The position numbers and the translations under genes were made by a program. Of a DNA stretch of 64,000 nucleotides, positions 38,711-49,888 are shown in pieces; positions within the stretch are counted from its first letter, which is position 1; each line of letters begins with the position of its first letter. The notes below the pieces were generated by a model. That model did not search any database, was not told where the DNA came from, and saw only the letters and a program-made list of their open reading frames with translations. Where the stretch lies: positions 256,001-320,000 of the forward strand of contig CAVTRY010000022.1 of NCBI GenBank assembly GCA_963737265.1, read 5' to 3'. The DNA is from an uncultured delta proteobacterium. GTDB lineage: Bacteria; Myxococcota_A; Polyangia; Fen-1088.

Positions 38711-40408
38711 ATGAGTCGACTTGGGGAGCTGCTGCTTCGGGACCAAATCATCTCGCCCGAGCAGCTACAGCGCGCGCAGGAAGAGAGCAAGAAGTCGGGC
38801 GAGCGCCTGGGGAATACCCTCGTCAAGGTTGGGGCGATTCAAGAGGACGATCTCACCCAGTTCCTGTCCAAGCAGTACGGCGTCCCGGCCATCAACCTGG
38901 CCGAATTCGACATCGACAGAGACGTGATCTCCTTGGTGCCGAAGGAAGTTGTCGAACGCCATCGCGTGATTCCGGTCAACCGCGCCGGCTCGTCCTTGAT
39001 CATCGCCATCGCCGATCCTTCCAACATTCTCGCCATCGACGACCTCAAGTTCGTCACCGGCTACAACATCGAGGTCGTGGTCGCGTCTGAAGTCAGCATC
39101 ACGCAGGCCATCGAAAAATACTACGAGCGCCAGGCCGACGTCGATCTCGACCAGGTGATGAACGAGATCCAGGAGCAGGTCGAGGTGGGCGCCTCCGCCG
39201 AGGAGGACGTCAACACCCTCGATTTGGAACGCGCCGCGGACGATGCGCCGGTGGTCAAGCTGTGCAACCACATCCTGCTCTCCGCCATTCAGAAGGGCGC
39301 CTCGGATATTCACGTCGAGCCCTACGAAAAGAGCTACCGCGTGCGCTTCCGTATCGACGGTGTGTTGCACGAGGAGATGTCGCCGCCGACGAAATTGAAG
39401 GCGGCGCTGTCGAGCCGTCTCAAGATCATGTCCCACCTCGACATTGCCGAGCGGCGACTGCCCCAGGACGGGCGCATCAAGCTGAAGGTCGGCGTGAACA
39501 AGGAGATGGACTTCCGCGTATCGGTCTTGCCCACTCTGTTCGGCGAGAAAATCGTTCTCCGTCTCCTCGACAAGGGCAACCTGCAGCTCGACATGACCAA
39601 GCTCGGCTTCGAGGTCGACCAGCTCGGCGATTTCAAGAGCGCCATCGAATCGCCCTTCGGTATGGTGTTGGTCACCGGACCCACCGGGTCGGGCAAGACC
39701 ACGACGCTCTACTCGGCGCTGTCCGAGCTCAACAAGATATCCGACAACATCTGCACCGCCGAGGATCCAGTCGAGTTCAACTTGGCCGGTATCAACCAGG
39801 TGCAAATGCACGAAGATATCGGACTCAACTTCGCCGCGGCCTTGCGCTCGTTCCTGCGCCAGGATCCCGACATCATCATGATCGGCGAGATCCGCGATTT
39901 CGAGACCGCCGAAATCGGCATCAAGGCTGCGCTCACCGGCCACCTCGTGCTGTCCACCTTGCACACCAACGACGCACCGTCGACCATTACCCGCTTGCTC
40001 AACATGGGCGTCGAGCCGTTCTTGGTGACCGCGGCCGTGCAACTGGTGCAGGCGCAGCGCCTCGTGCGTAAGATCTGCGCCAACTGCAAGGTGCCGATCC
40101 CGACGCCCAAGGATGAGCTCAAGACCCTCGGAACCACCGATGCGGAAATCGACACCGCCGCCTGTCAGCGCGGTGCCGGTTGCCAGGTATGCGGGATGTC
40201 CGGCTACAAGGGACGCGTGGCTCTCTACGAAGTCATGCCGTTTTCCGACCCGCTCAAGGAGCTGGTGTTGCAGGGAGCGGCGGCCGTGGAAATCAAGGCC
40301 GAGGCAGTCCGGCGTGGGATGCGCTCGTTGCGCATGTCGGGCATTCGCAAGATCTGCCAGGGTGTGACCTCCATCGAGGAAGTGGCACGTATCACGGCCG
40401 CCGACTAA
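38711..40408 (+). CDS. pilB: type IV pilus extension ATPase
   Basis: MshEN-like RLGELL, ASDIHVEP, LPQDGR, GPTGSGKTTT, LRQDPD, tetra-Cys zinc motif. Confidence 0.97.
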   Translation: MSRLGELLLRDQIISPEQLQRAQEESKKSGERLGNTLVKVGAIQEDDLTQFLSKQYGVPAINLAEFDIDRDVISLVPKEVVERHRVIPVNRAGSSLIIAIADPSNILAIDDLKFVTGYNIEVVVASEVSITQAIEKYYERQADVDLDQVMNEIQEQVEVGASAEEDVNTLDLERAADDAPVVKLCNHILLSAIQKGASDIHVEPYEKSYRVRFRIDGVLHEEMSPPTKLKAALSSRLKIMSHLDIAERRLPQDGRIKLKVGVNKEMDFRVSVLPTLFGEKIVLRLLDKGNLQLDMTKLGFEVDQLGDFKSAIESPFGMVLVTGPTGSGKTTTLYSALSELNKISDNICTAEDPVEFNLAGINQVQMHEDIGLNFAAALRSFLRQDPDIIMIGEIRDFETAEIGIKAALTGHLVLSTLHTNDAPSTITRLLNMGVEPFLVTAAVQLVQAQRLVRKICANCKVPIPTPKDELKTLGTTDAEIDTAACQRGAGCQVCGMSGYKGRVALYEVMPFSDPLKELVLQGAAAVEIKAEAVRRGMRSLRMSGIRKICQGVTSIEEVARITAAD

Positions 40409-40418
40409 GGGAGCAAGT

Positions 40419-41570
<1,152 letters not shown>

Positions 41571-41579
41571 GGAGCCGCC

Positions 41580-42800
41580 ATGGCAGGCAAAATGAGAGCA
41601 TTCATGTGGGAGGCACGTACGCGTAGCGGCGACGTGAAAAAGGGCGTGATGGAGGCCGAGACCGAGGAGGCCGTCCACAACAAGCTCAAGATGCAGCAGC
41701 TTTCGCCGGTTACGGTGAAGAAGCAGCCGATTCAGCTCACCCTTCCCACCATCGGCACTGGCGTCAGCGTCAACGACATCGTCATCTTTACCCGCCTTTT
41801 TGCCACCATGATCGACGCGGGCTTGCCCATCGTGCAGTGTCTTGAAATTCTTTCGTCGCAGGCCGAAAACAAGCGCTTTGGCAAGATCCTCAGCCAGATT
41901 CGCACCAGCGTGGAAGGCGGCCTCACGCTGTCGGATGCCATGCGCCGCTTTCCCAAGGTTTTCGACAATCTCTTCGTCAACCTGGTCGCGGCGGGCGAGG
42001 CGGGCGGTATCCTGGATACGATTCTCCAGCGCCTGTCGCAGTACATGGAGAAGGCGCAGAAGCTGAGGCGACGCGTGAAGGGCGCAATGAGCTATCCACT
42101 CATCGTCCTTTTTATCGCGGGCATCGTCGTCGTCGTTCTTCTCACCAAGGTCATTCCGGTCTTCGAGAGGATGTTCAAGGACTTCGGTGGCGGCAAGCTG
42201 CCCGCTCCCACTCAGCTCGTCATCGACCTTTCCTACTCGATGCGAAACTATCTGCCCTACATCGTGGCCGGTCTCATCGCGCTCTACAGCGGATGGGTGA
42301 TGATCCTAAGAACGCGCCGGGGCCGCTTGGCGTGGGACGGCATGCTGCTCAAACTTCCCATCCTGGGGACGGTTCTGCGCAAGACCGTGGTCGCGCGCTT
42401 CACGCGCACCATGGGCACCCTGCTCTCGTCCGGCGTTCCCATTCTAGACGCCATGGAGATCGTGGGCAAGACCGCGGGCAACGTGGTGGTTCAGGACGGC
42501 ATCATGTTCGTGCGCGCGCGCATCTCGGAAGGCAAGGATATGTCGACACCGCTGATGGAAACCGGCCTCATGCCGCCGATGGTGGTGCAGATGATCAGCG
42601 TCGGCGAGCAGACCGGAGCGCTCGATTCCATGCTCAACAAGATTGCCGATTTCTACGAGGAAGAGGTCGACGTCGCCGTGGCGTCCATGACCAGCATGAT
42701 CGAGCCGCTCATGATGGTGTTTCTTGGTACGGTGGTAGGCGGCTTGGTCATCGCCATGTATCTGCCGATTTTCGAAATGGCCGGCAACATCAAGAGCTAG
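41580..42800 (+). CDS. pilC: type IV pilus platform protein
   Basis: Two T2SSF domains (AGEAGG..., VGEQTG..., IEP...AMYLPIF). Confidence 0.96.
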   Translation: MAGKMRAFMWEARTRSGDVKKGVMEAETEEAVHNKLKMQQLSPVTVKKQPIQLTLPTIGTGVSVNDIVIFTRLFATMIDAGLPIVQCLEILSSQAENKRFGKILSQIRTSVEGGLTLSDAMRRFPKVFDNLFVNLVAAGEAGGILDTILQRLSQYMEKAQKLRRRVKGAMSYPLIVLFIAGIVVVVLLTKVIPVFERMFKDFGGGKLPAPTQLVIDLSYSMRNYLPYIVAGLIALYSGWVMILRTRRGRLAWDGMLLKLPILGTVLRKTVVARFTRTMGTLLSSGVPILDAMEIVGKTAGNVVVQDGIMFVRARISEGKDMSTPLMETGLMPPMVVQMISVGEQTGALDSMLNKIADFYEEEVDVAVASMTSMIEPLMMVFLGTVVGGLVIAMYLPIFEMAGNIKS

Positions 42801-42836
42801 TTCCGCCCGGTTCGCGATTGGCTCGCTAGAATTTCT

Positions 42837-44621
42837 TTGCCTAACCCAGGAGCCGGTGTGACAAAGGATCCAGGACCGTCGGCCGATGCGCCAGCGCCCC
42901 CAGCGGTCGGTGACCAGGCCGCGCAACGCCCACTTTCCCCGCTCGTTCTCATGGGTGCTGAACCGTCCGCTAGCCAGAGAACCAGGCCGCGGGCGGAGGC
43001 GCTGCGCATCGTTACCTACCTCATGCTCGTTCGCACCGGGCTGGCTACCGTGCTCATGCTGGCCGTGGTCGTCTTGGCGTGGACGATGGGCGCGCCCGAG
43101 GCGCTCTCGGGTCCCTTCGGTCGATTCGTGTTTGGCCTGCTCGCTACGACCTACTTGGCAAGCCTGGCCTACGCCGTCAGCCTGAAGCGCATCCAAGATC
43201 CGGTTCGCTTCGCCGATATCCAAATCGGCGTCGACCTGGTCCTCGTGACCTTGCTCATCCACGCTACGGGCGGCGCTCAAAGCGGCTTTACCTTTCTTTA
43301 CCTCGTCGATGTCGTCGCGGTCTCGTCCCTTCCCAAGGGCTTCGGCGCGGCCAGCGTGTCGCTCGCCAGCGCGCTGCTCTATCTCGGCATCTCGCTGCTT
43401 GGGTATTTGAGGATTCTTCCCCCCATCACCGGGCAAACGGTCTTTCCGTGGGATCTCACGCGTGAGGAATTCGTATTCCGAGCGGTGATGTTCCTCGGTG
43501 GCTTGGTGTCGGTGGGTTCGCTCGGCGTGGGCCTGGCCCGACAACGGCGCAAGGCCGGCGAGCGCCTGGCCGTGCACCAGCAAATGGTGGGCGATCTTGC
43601 GTCGCTACACCAAAACACGATTCGTTGCCTGTCGTCCGGCCTCGTCACCACCACCCTCGATGGAACGATCACGACGATCAACGACGCGGCTTGCGAGATT
43701 TTGGGAGTCGCACACGCGCCGCCTGTCGGTCACAAGCTGGCGCATCACATCCCGGGTCTCGATGTGGTGTTGGCTAAGGCGGGGGCGCTCGGCCGCGTGC
43801 TGCGCGATGAAGTGGATGCGGTTCGCGCCGACGGAGCCCTGCGGCGGCTGGGACTATCCGCAACGCCACTTTCCGACCACACCGGCAATGTCATCGGCCG
43901 CGTGATTCACTTTCAGGATCTGACGGATCTGCGCCGGATGGAGCAGGCCGTGGCGCGCGCCGAGCACCTGGCCGGCATCGGCCGCCTGGCCGCCAACATC
44001 GCTCACGAGATCCGCAACCCCTTGGCCAGCATTTCGGGCTCGGTCGAAGTGCTCAAGGCTTCGGCGGGCGTGAACGCCGAAACCCGCAATCTCGTCGACA
44101 TCGCCGTGCGTGAGGTCGACCGGGTCAATGCGCTCATCACCAATCTGCTCAACTACGCACGGCCGCACGCCGAGGATCGGCAGCGCCTCGATCTTGGCGA
44201 GATGGTGACCGAGATTGCGAAAATGTTCGAACAGGAACGACGCACAGCGCAGGTGCGCCTGCAACTACGCGCGCAGACCGGCGTGTGGGTCGAGGTCGCC
44301 TCCGGCCAGATGCACCAAGTGCTGTGGAATCTCCTGCGCAATGCCGTCGAGGCCATGCCGCAGGGTGGGACGATCCATCTTGCGGCCGTGCGCAAGAGCA
44401 CCGTTCCAGCGGAAGCCATTCTCATGGTTCGCGACACCGGCGTGGGCATCGCGAAGGAGGATGTGGACCACATCTTCGAGCCATTTTTCTCGCGTAAATC
44501 GGGCGGAACCGGATTGGGGCTCGCCACCACTGCCCGCATCGTCGAGGATCACAAGGGCACCATCGAGGTCCTAAGCGAGCGCGGCAAGGGAACCACCTTC
44601 ACCATCCGACTTCCTGCCTAG
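42837..44621 (+). CDS. pilS: PilS-type sensor histidine kinase (TM, PAS, HisKA)
   Basis: TM region with [25 protein letters not shown]; follows pilC. Start uncertain. Confidence 0.85.
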   Translation: MPNPGAGVTKDPGPSADAPAPPAVGDQAAQRPLSPLVLMGAEPSASQRTRPRAEALRIVTYLMLVRTGLATVLMLAVVVLAWTMGAPEALSGPFGRFVFGLLATTYLASLAYAVSLKRIQDPVRFADIQIGVDLVLVTLLIHATGGAQSGFTFLYLVDVVAVSSLPKGFGAASVSLASALLYLGISLLGYLRILPPITGQTVFPWDLTREEFVFRAVMFLGGLVSVGSLGVGLARQRRKAGERLAVHQQMVGDLASLHQNTIRCLSSGLVTTTLDGTITTINDAACEILGVAHAPPVGHKLAHHIPGLDVVLAKAGALGRVLRDEVDAVRADGALRRLGLSATPLSDHTGNVIGRVIHFQDLTDLRRMEQAVARAEHLAGIGRLAANIAHEIRNPLASISGSVEVLKASAGVNAETRNLVDIAVREVDRVNALITNLLNYARPHAEDRQRLDLGEMVTEIAKMFEQERRTAQVRLQLRAQTGVWVEVASGQMHQVLWNLLRNAVEAMPQGGTIHLAAVRKSTVPAEAILMVRDTGVGIAKEDVDHIFEPFFSRKSGGTGLGLATTARIVEDHKGTIEVLSERGKGTTFTIRLPA

Positions 44622-44698
44622 GGATTGGAATTTTCGCGCAAGCTCACGCGCCGAGGTTGTCCATCCGGCCGACTCTCACTAAACTAAACGGCTTTGTC

Positions 44699-47038
44699 GT
44701 GAAGAACGAATTCGACAGGCATCGCCGTCCGAGCTCCGCCGACGGAGCGACCGCGGGGCTTCCCACGGTCGTGATGGAGGAAGAGTCACTTCTGCGCGTC
44801 GTGCTCAGCAAGATTGATGCGCCGTCGTCGCGATCGCGGACGCCCGTCGACGACGCTGCGGCTCTCATCGAATTGCGCGATGCCTTGGCTGAGGCGAAGC
44901 CCGAGGACCAAGGGCCGTTGCTAGAACAGATGCATCGCATCGAGGCACTATCACGTCAGCGCGGCAAGGGCGAAAGCCCGCCCGTGGATCGCCGGTCGCC
45001 CTATTTCGGGCATCTGCGGTTGCAGCAGGATGGGCGGCGGCGCGATGTGCTCGTCGGTCAGCGCGGCTATGTCGAACCCGGCGGCGGCGTGCAAATCGTC
45101 GATTGGCGTCACGCGCCGGTTTCGCGTCTGTACTATCGCTATGACGAAGGCGACAGTTTCGAAGAACGGCTAGGTGAGCGCGAGGTCGAAGGAGAAATTC
45201 TCGCCCGTCGGACCGTGACCATCGTGGAGGCAGAGCTTCGTCGCGTAGCCAGTGCGCAAGGAATTTTCAGTCGTAATCCGGCTGATGGTACGTGGCGAAG
45301 CACGAGCCCCGGGCACTTTCGTCTGGGCGTGGCCGAATCGTCATCCACCGGGCTGTCGGCGACGGCGACTTCGTCCGCGCCATCGTCGCCCCAGCTTGGC
45401 TTCGAGAGCGACGGCAGCCAGCGCCGGGATCGCTTCCTGCCGGCCATCGCGGCGCTCATCGATCCGCGCCAGTTCGAGCTCATCAGCCGACCTGGCGCCG
45501 GCATCATCGTCGTGCAGGGCTCGGCGGGGAGCGGAAAAACCACCATCGGGCTGCACCGCATCGCCTACTTGAATTTCGCCGAGCCGGCCCGCTTCCAGCC
45601 CGAAAATATGTTGGTGATTGTCTACCAGCGCGCCCTCGCGGCGTACGTTTCGTGTGTCTTGCCAGCCTTGAAAGTACCGAACGTCAAGGTCATGACCTTC
45701 GCGTCCTGGTCCGAGCAGGTTCGCAGAGCGACCCTTGGAAATCTGTCCCGCGGCACCGCGGACAACATCACCGACGCGACGCCGCCACTCGTGATGCGGG
45801 CCAAGTCGCATGGAAGTATGCTACGCATTCTCTCCGACAGGCAGGAGGAGTTGGCGCTGTGGTGCCGGCAAATCCTGACGTCCGAGCTCGCCCAGGCGCC
45901 CGATGTCGACCTTGTTCTGGCCGCCTGGGACGAGACCCGCGGCCCAGTCGATCACCGGGTGACCGGGCTGGCGCGCTGGGTGCGCGAGGCGAAGCTGTCC
46001 CCGGTGGCTCGTACGCGCATCGAGGCCTGCGGCGCGCGCATCCGCCGACGCACGCGCGATGTGGTGGGCGAGTGGTCCGGCCTGCTCACCGATCGTCAGG
46101 CGCTCGGCCGCGGATTCGCCACCCACGCGCCGGGCCTGTTTTCGGGCGGTCAGCTCGACGCAATTCACCGCTGGTGCGTGGATCGCGATCGCTTGCGGAC
46201 TGGATCCGCGAATAGGGACGATGACGACGAGCCGTACGCGCTCGACGTGGAAGATGAGGCGTTGCTTCTGCGCATCCACCAGCTACAACGCGGACCCTTG
46301 CGGGGCCCGAGGGGGCCGCTTGCCTATCACCACCTTATGGTGGACGAGGTGCAGGACTTCGCACCGGTGGAATTGGCCGTGCTGCTTGATTGCACCACAT
46401 CCAGACGATCGATCACCTTGGCCGGCGACACCAACCAGGGCATCGCGCCCGACCATGGCTTCGTCACCTGGAGCGAGATGTTGGCCGAGCTAGGACTACC
46501 CCACGAATGCGTGGAGCCGTTGCGGGTCAGCTACCGTTCGACTCGTCAGATTGTGGATTGCGCGCTTCACGTGCTAGGGCCGCTGCTCGGGGACGAAAGG
46601 CCGCAGGCGCCGCGCCTCGGCGCCGAGGTGGAAAGCTTCGCCTTCGGCTCATCGGGGGAAAGCTGTGAGTTTCTCGTGCGTGTTTTGCGCGATCTGGTGC
46701 GCCACGAGCCTCTGGCCTCGGTCGCGCTTATTGCGCGCCACCCGGAACAGGCGCGCCTTTACTTCGAGGCCTTGTCGACCGCGGAAGTTCCCGGGCTACG
46801 CTTAATTGCCGACCAGGATTTCCCGTTCCGCCCAGGTATCGACGTGACCGACGTCAAGCAGACCAAGGGACTCGAATTCGACATCGTGATTCTGCTGGAA
46901 GCGAACGCGGAGTCCTACCCCGACAACGATCATGCGCGAAGGCTTCTCCACGTCGCCATGACGCGCGCAGCTCACCAGCTGTGGATCACGTACACCGGCA
47001 CGCCATCGCCCCTTCTGCCCGAGGCGCTGCGCTGGTAG
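44699..47038 (+). CDS. HelD-like SF1 helicase/ATPase
   Basis: SPYFG, VDWRHAP, QGSAGSGKTTIGLHRIAYL, DEVQD, GDTNQ, YRST, KGLEFD, VAMTRA. Confidence 0.85.
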   Translation: MKNEFDRHRRPSSADGATAGLPTVVMEEESLLRVVLSKIDAPSSRSRTPVDDAAALIELRDALAEAKPEDQGPLLEQMHRIEALSRQRGKGESPPVDRRSPYFGHLRLQQDGRRRDVLVGQRGYVEPGGGVQIVDWRHAPVSRLYYRYDEGDSFEERLGEREVEGEILARRTVTIVEAELRRVASAQGIFSRNPADGTWRSTSPGHFRLGVAESSSTGLSATATSSAPSSPQLGFESDGSQRRDRFLPAIAALIDPRQFELISRPGAGIIVVQGSAGSGKTTIGLHRIAYLNFAEPARFQPENMLVIVYQRALAAYVSCVLPALKVPNVKVMTFASWSEQVRRATLGNLSRGTADNITDATPPLVMRAKSHGSMLRILSDRQEELALWCRQILTSELAQAPDVDLVLAAWDETRGPVDHRVTGLARWVREAKLSPVARTRIEACGARIRRRTRDVVGEWSGLLTDRQALGRGFATHAPGLFSGGQLDAIHRWCVDRDRLRTGSANRDDDDEPYALDVEDEALLLRIHQLQRGPLRGPRGPLAYHHLMVDEVQDFAPVELAVLLDCTTSRRSITLAGDTNQGIAPDHGFVTWSEMLAELGLPHECVEPLRVSYRSTRQIVDCALHVLGPLLGDERPQAPRLGAEVESFAFGSSGESCEFLVRVLRDLVRHEPLASVALIARHPEQARLYFEALSTAEVPGLRLIADQDFPFRPGIDVTDVKQTKGLEFDIVILLEANAESYPDNDHARRLLHVAMTRAAHQLWITYTGTPSPLLPEALRW

Positions 47039-47044
47039 CCGGGC

Positions 47045-47368
47045 CTATCCTTGGAAGAAGCGGTTCAGCGCCCAGACTTCTCGGGCGCGCAGTCCCTGAA
47101 AGCGAATACCCATGCCGGCAGGTTGGTCTGGGCCACCAGGTTCGATCCATCGTACTTCGCCGCTGACCTCGATGGGCTCGGGTTGGGTTGGAATGCGGAA
47201 GCGGACCTGCAACCGGGTTTGCAGCGGAAAGGTCGTGCTGGTCTCAACGAACAAGCCACCCAAGGAAATGTTCCCGGTGGTAGCGGTACATTTTTGCTCG
47301 CCGGCAAGGACTTCAACATCCAAACGACGTGCATAGCGGGGATCTGTGCGACGAAAGTGATCTGACAC
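47045..47368 (-). CDS. single-domain PilZ protein (TIGR02266-like)
   Basis: RRTDPR (RxxxR), NISLGG, GEVRW, GMGIRF. Confidence 0.9.
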   Translation of the reverse strand: MSDHFRRTDPRYARRLDVEVLAGEQKCTATTGNISLGGLFVETSTTFPLQTRLQVRFRIPTQPEPIEVSGEVRWIEPGGPDQPAGMGIRFQGLRAREVWALNRFFQG

Positions 47369-47613
47369 CTGGGACCTCGTGGACGGCGTGAGACTGACCC
47401 GTCCGACAGAGGCAGTTTAAGGACAGTTAGCCGGCGAATCAATCGCTTCCACAGATCCCCAATCTTTCCGGCGCAGTGTGCCTCACGAGAATGCGCAGCA
47501 GCGGTCAGCTAAGCACTGTCTTTCCTGACAGAATTGGGTAGTATGAGCCCCATCAGGCGGCAGCAGGTAGCTGTCGACCAGTTTTCATCAACCCCCTCGC
47601 CTCAGTACGACCC

Positions 47614-48204
47614 ATGGACAAGGACCAAGAGCGCAGTTTCCTCGGGATTCTCGCGCGGGCCTTGGTTTCGCTGCCCTTCGATCTGAAGGTCCTCCTTGAG
47701 GCGGTATCGGATCCTGACCTCGAGCACGACGCTCGCGAAATCGCCGCGGCCGCCGTGGTGTACGTCATTACCGCGCGCGAAGGAAACGTCGAACCCTACC
47801 TTCGTTACAGCGAGGACGCGATCATGCTTCGCTTGGCAGCCCGGCGCGTGGTCGACAAAGGCGGTGAGAGCGCGCCGGCCTTCCGCGATCGTTTTGCCGA
47901 GGAGTTTGCCCGCTTTTCCGACGAGCTGGCGGTGCTCGAAGGCGCCTGCGGCCCGGCACTGGTAGGCTGGCTCGACAGCCGGTGGCCGTCCCTGCGCAAG
48001 GGAGGCTACGCCCGCAAGAAGATTTCGCTGTTCGTCGACGATCAAGACGTGGGCACGTTCTTGTACGACGAAGGCCTCAAGTTCGGAACTAACTACCCGA
48101 TTTCTGAGAAAAGCCTGGCCGGCAGGTTGAAGCAGGCCCAGCCCGTCCTCGACCACATGCAAAAGAAGTGGGATCAGGACAAGAAGAAGATTCCCCAGAC
48201 GTAG
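47614..48204 (+). CDS. hypothetical protein, weak DUF1232/YkvA-like N-terminus
   Basis: Genome-typical codon usage; AAAAVVYVIT...YSEDAIML resembles the DUF1232 pattern but is degenerate. Confidence 0.7.
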   Translation: MDKDQERSFLGILARALVSLPFDLKVLLEAVSDPDLEHDAREIAAAAVVYVITAREGNVEPYLRYSEDAIMLRLAARRVVDKGGESAPAFRDRFAEEFARFSDELAVLEGACGPALVGWLDSRWPSLRKGGYARKKISLFVDDQDVGTFLYDEGLKFGTNYPISEKSLAGRLKQAQPVLDHMQKKWDQDKKKIPQT

Positions 48205-48309
48205 GGTTCGGCGATCGAGGTAGGTTCGACCGAGTGGGCTCTGGCAAGTAGGTTTGCAAGCAGGTTTTACTGATGCATGAGGAAGCTGTGCCGTTTGGCA
48301 CGGGAACCG

Positions 48310-49197
48310 ATGCGATTCTTGGATGTGGCAAGCCGCATTGCCAATACCGGGATCGCAGCCGCCGCCGAGGTGACCCAGGCGGCACGATTGGTGGCGCACG
48401 ATCTTGCTGCACTGCCACCCGCGCGCGCGCGCCAAGCCATCGAGCAAGTGATTCTGGGACCCCACGCCCAGCTCGGCTTGCAATGGCTGCACGACGCGGG
48501 CGCCTTGGCAGTCCTGCTGCCCGAGCTCGACGCCACGGTGGATTTTTCGCAGGAGGCTGGACGTCGGCACAAGGACGTCTGGGAACACACGAAACAAGTC
48601 GTCGTGCAATCGCCGCCACGGCCGCTCGTGCGCTGGGCGGCCTTGCTCCACGACGTCGGCAAGGTTCCGACGCGGGTGATGTTGCCCGACGGAAAGGTAA
48701 CGTTCCACCGCCACGCCGAGCTCGGGGCTCGCATGGTTGGCGCAGTCGCGCGCCGCCTTGGATTCGAGCGCGGCGAACGGCAAAAGATTCGCGCGCTCGT
48801 GCTCTACCACCTGCGCGCCAACGCCTACGCGCCGGCGTGGACGGATGCGGCGGTGCGTAGATTCGACCACGAGATGGGTGATGCGCTCGGAGATTTGATC
48901 GATCTGTCGCGCGCCGACGTGACCTCGGCGCGGCCGGGGCGAAAGGAAGAAGCCGCGCGCAACATTGAGGCGCTTCTGCAAAGAATTCTGGCGGTGCGCG
49001 AGCTCGACGCGCGCATGCCGCCCCTTCCCCCCGGCGTCGGCAACGCCATCATGGAAGCGTTCCAGCTTCCGCCTTCCCGGCGCATCGGAGAGCTGCGCAA
49101 GATGTGCGAGGACGCCATCCTGCGCGGCGAGCTCGACGAGCGTCAGCCGTCCGAGTACTACGTGGAGTTTTTGCGAAAGTCCGGGATCGCCGGCTAA
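48310..49197 (+). CDS. HD-domain protein resembling the C-terminal half of CCA-adding enzymes
   Basis: LLPEL, HKDVWEHT, AALLHDVGK, FHRHAELGA, HLR, WTDAAVRR, GNAIM...PSRRIG; no nucleotidyltransferase head. Confidence 0.85.
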   Translation: MRFLDVASRIANTGIAAAAEVTQAARLVAHDLAALPPARARQAIEQVILGPHAQLGLQWLHDAGALAVLLPELDATVDFSQEAGRRHKDVWEHTKQVVVQSPPRPLVRWAALLHDVGKVPTRVMLPDGKVTFHRHAELGARMVGAVARRLGFERGERQKIRALVLYHLRANAYAPAWTDAAVRRFDHEMGDALGDLIDLSRADVTSARPGRKEEAARNIEALLQRILAVRELDARMPPLPPGVGNAIMEAFQLPPSRRIGELRKMCEDAILRGELDERQPSEYYVEFLRKSGIAG

Positions 49198-49260
49198 CCT
49201 GGCCGCGCGGCGAATCGTTTCACGCTGGCGTCTTGGCGCGGGTTGTGCCAAAAAGGTGCC

Positions 49261-49342
<82 letters not shown>

Positions 49343-49488
49343 ACTGATTTTGCGGCGAGAATCGGCGAGCCTCGCCGTCGACCACGCCTTCCGGCACTTC
49401 GCGGCTCGCGACAGCCGAGCCAGCCAAGCTCATCTACTACCTCCGAGATTCTTCGCGTGGCGCGACGATTCTCCAGGACGAGCCAGCC

Positions 49489-49534
49489 CAGGCAAGGCAG
49501 GCAAGGCAGGCAAGGCATGGCAAGGCAGGCAAAG
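49489..49534. repeat. about 5 tandem copies of CAGGCAAGG
   Basis: CAGGCAAGG x3, then CATGGCAAGG and CAGGCAAAG. Confidence 0.85.
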
Positions 49535-49606
49535 CGGCAGGATCAAAGGCCCGAGGGCACGCGACCTGCTAAGCTCCATCGGCAGACATTACTGCAAGGA
49601 GAATGG

Positions 49607-49870
49607 ATGCCCCGCCTAGTCAAGTGCGCCAAGCTCGGGCAAGAGCTGCCTGGGATCGCCTACAAGCCGTTCAACAACGAGCTTGGACAGAGGATCTATG
49701 ACAACGTCTCGCAACAAGCGTGGATGATGTGGATCGAATTTTCCAAGCGCATCGTCAATGAGTTCCGCCTGGACATGGGGTCCCCCGAAGGACAGCGGCT
49801 CCTGCTCGAACAGGCCGAGCAATTCCTGTTTGGCCCGGGCGGCAGCAATCCCCCGGATTTTGTGCCGTAA
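49607..49870 (+). CDS. yggX: Fe(II)-trafficking / oxidative damage protection protein
   Basis: VKCAKL, LGQRIYDNVSQQAW..W, VNEFRL, FLFG. Confidence 0.92.
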   Translation: MPRLVKCAKLGQELPGIAYKPFNNELGQRIYDNVSQQAWMMWIEFSKRIVNEFRLDMGSPEGQRLLLEQAEQFLFGPGGSNPPDFVP

Positions 49871-49888
49871 GGCTCTAGACCACGATTC

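Noticed and set aside
49489-49534. Repeat as a CRISPR array
   Set aside because: The units are 9 bp with no spacers, and no cas genes are present.
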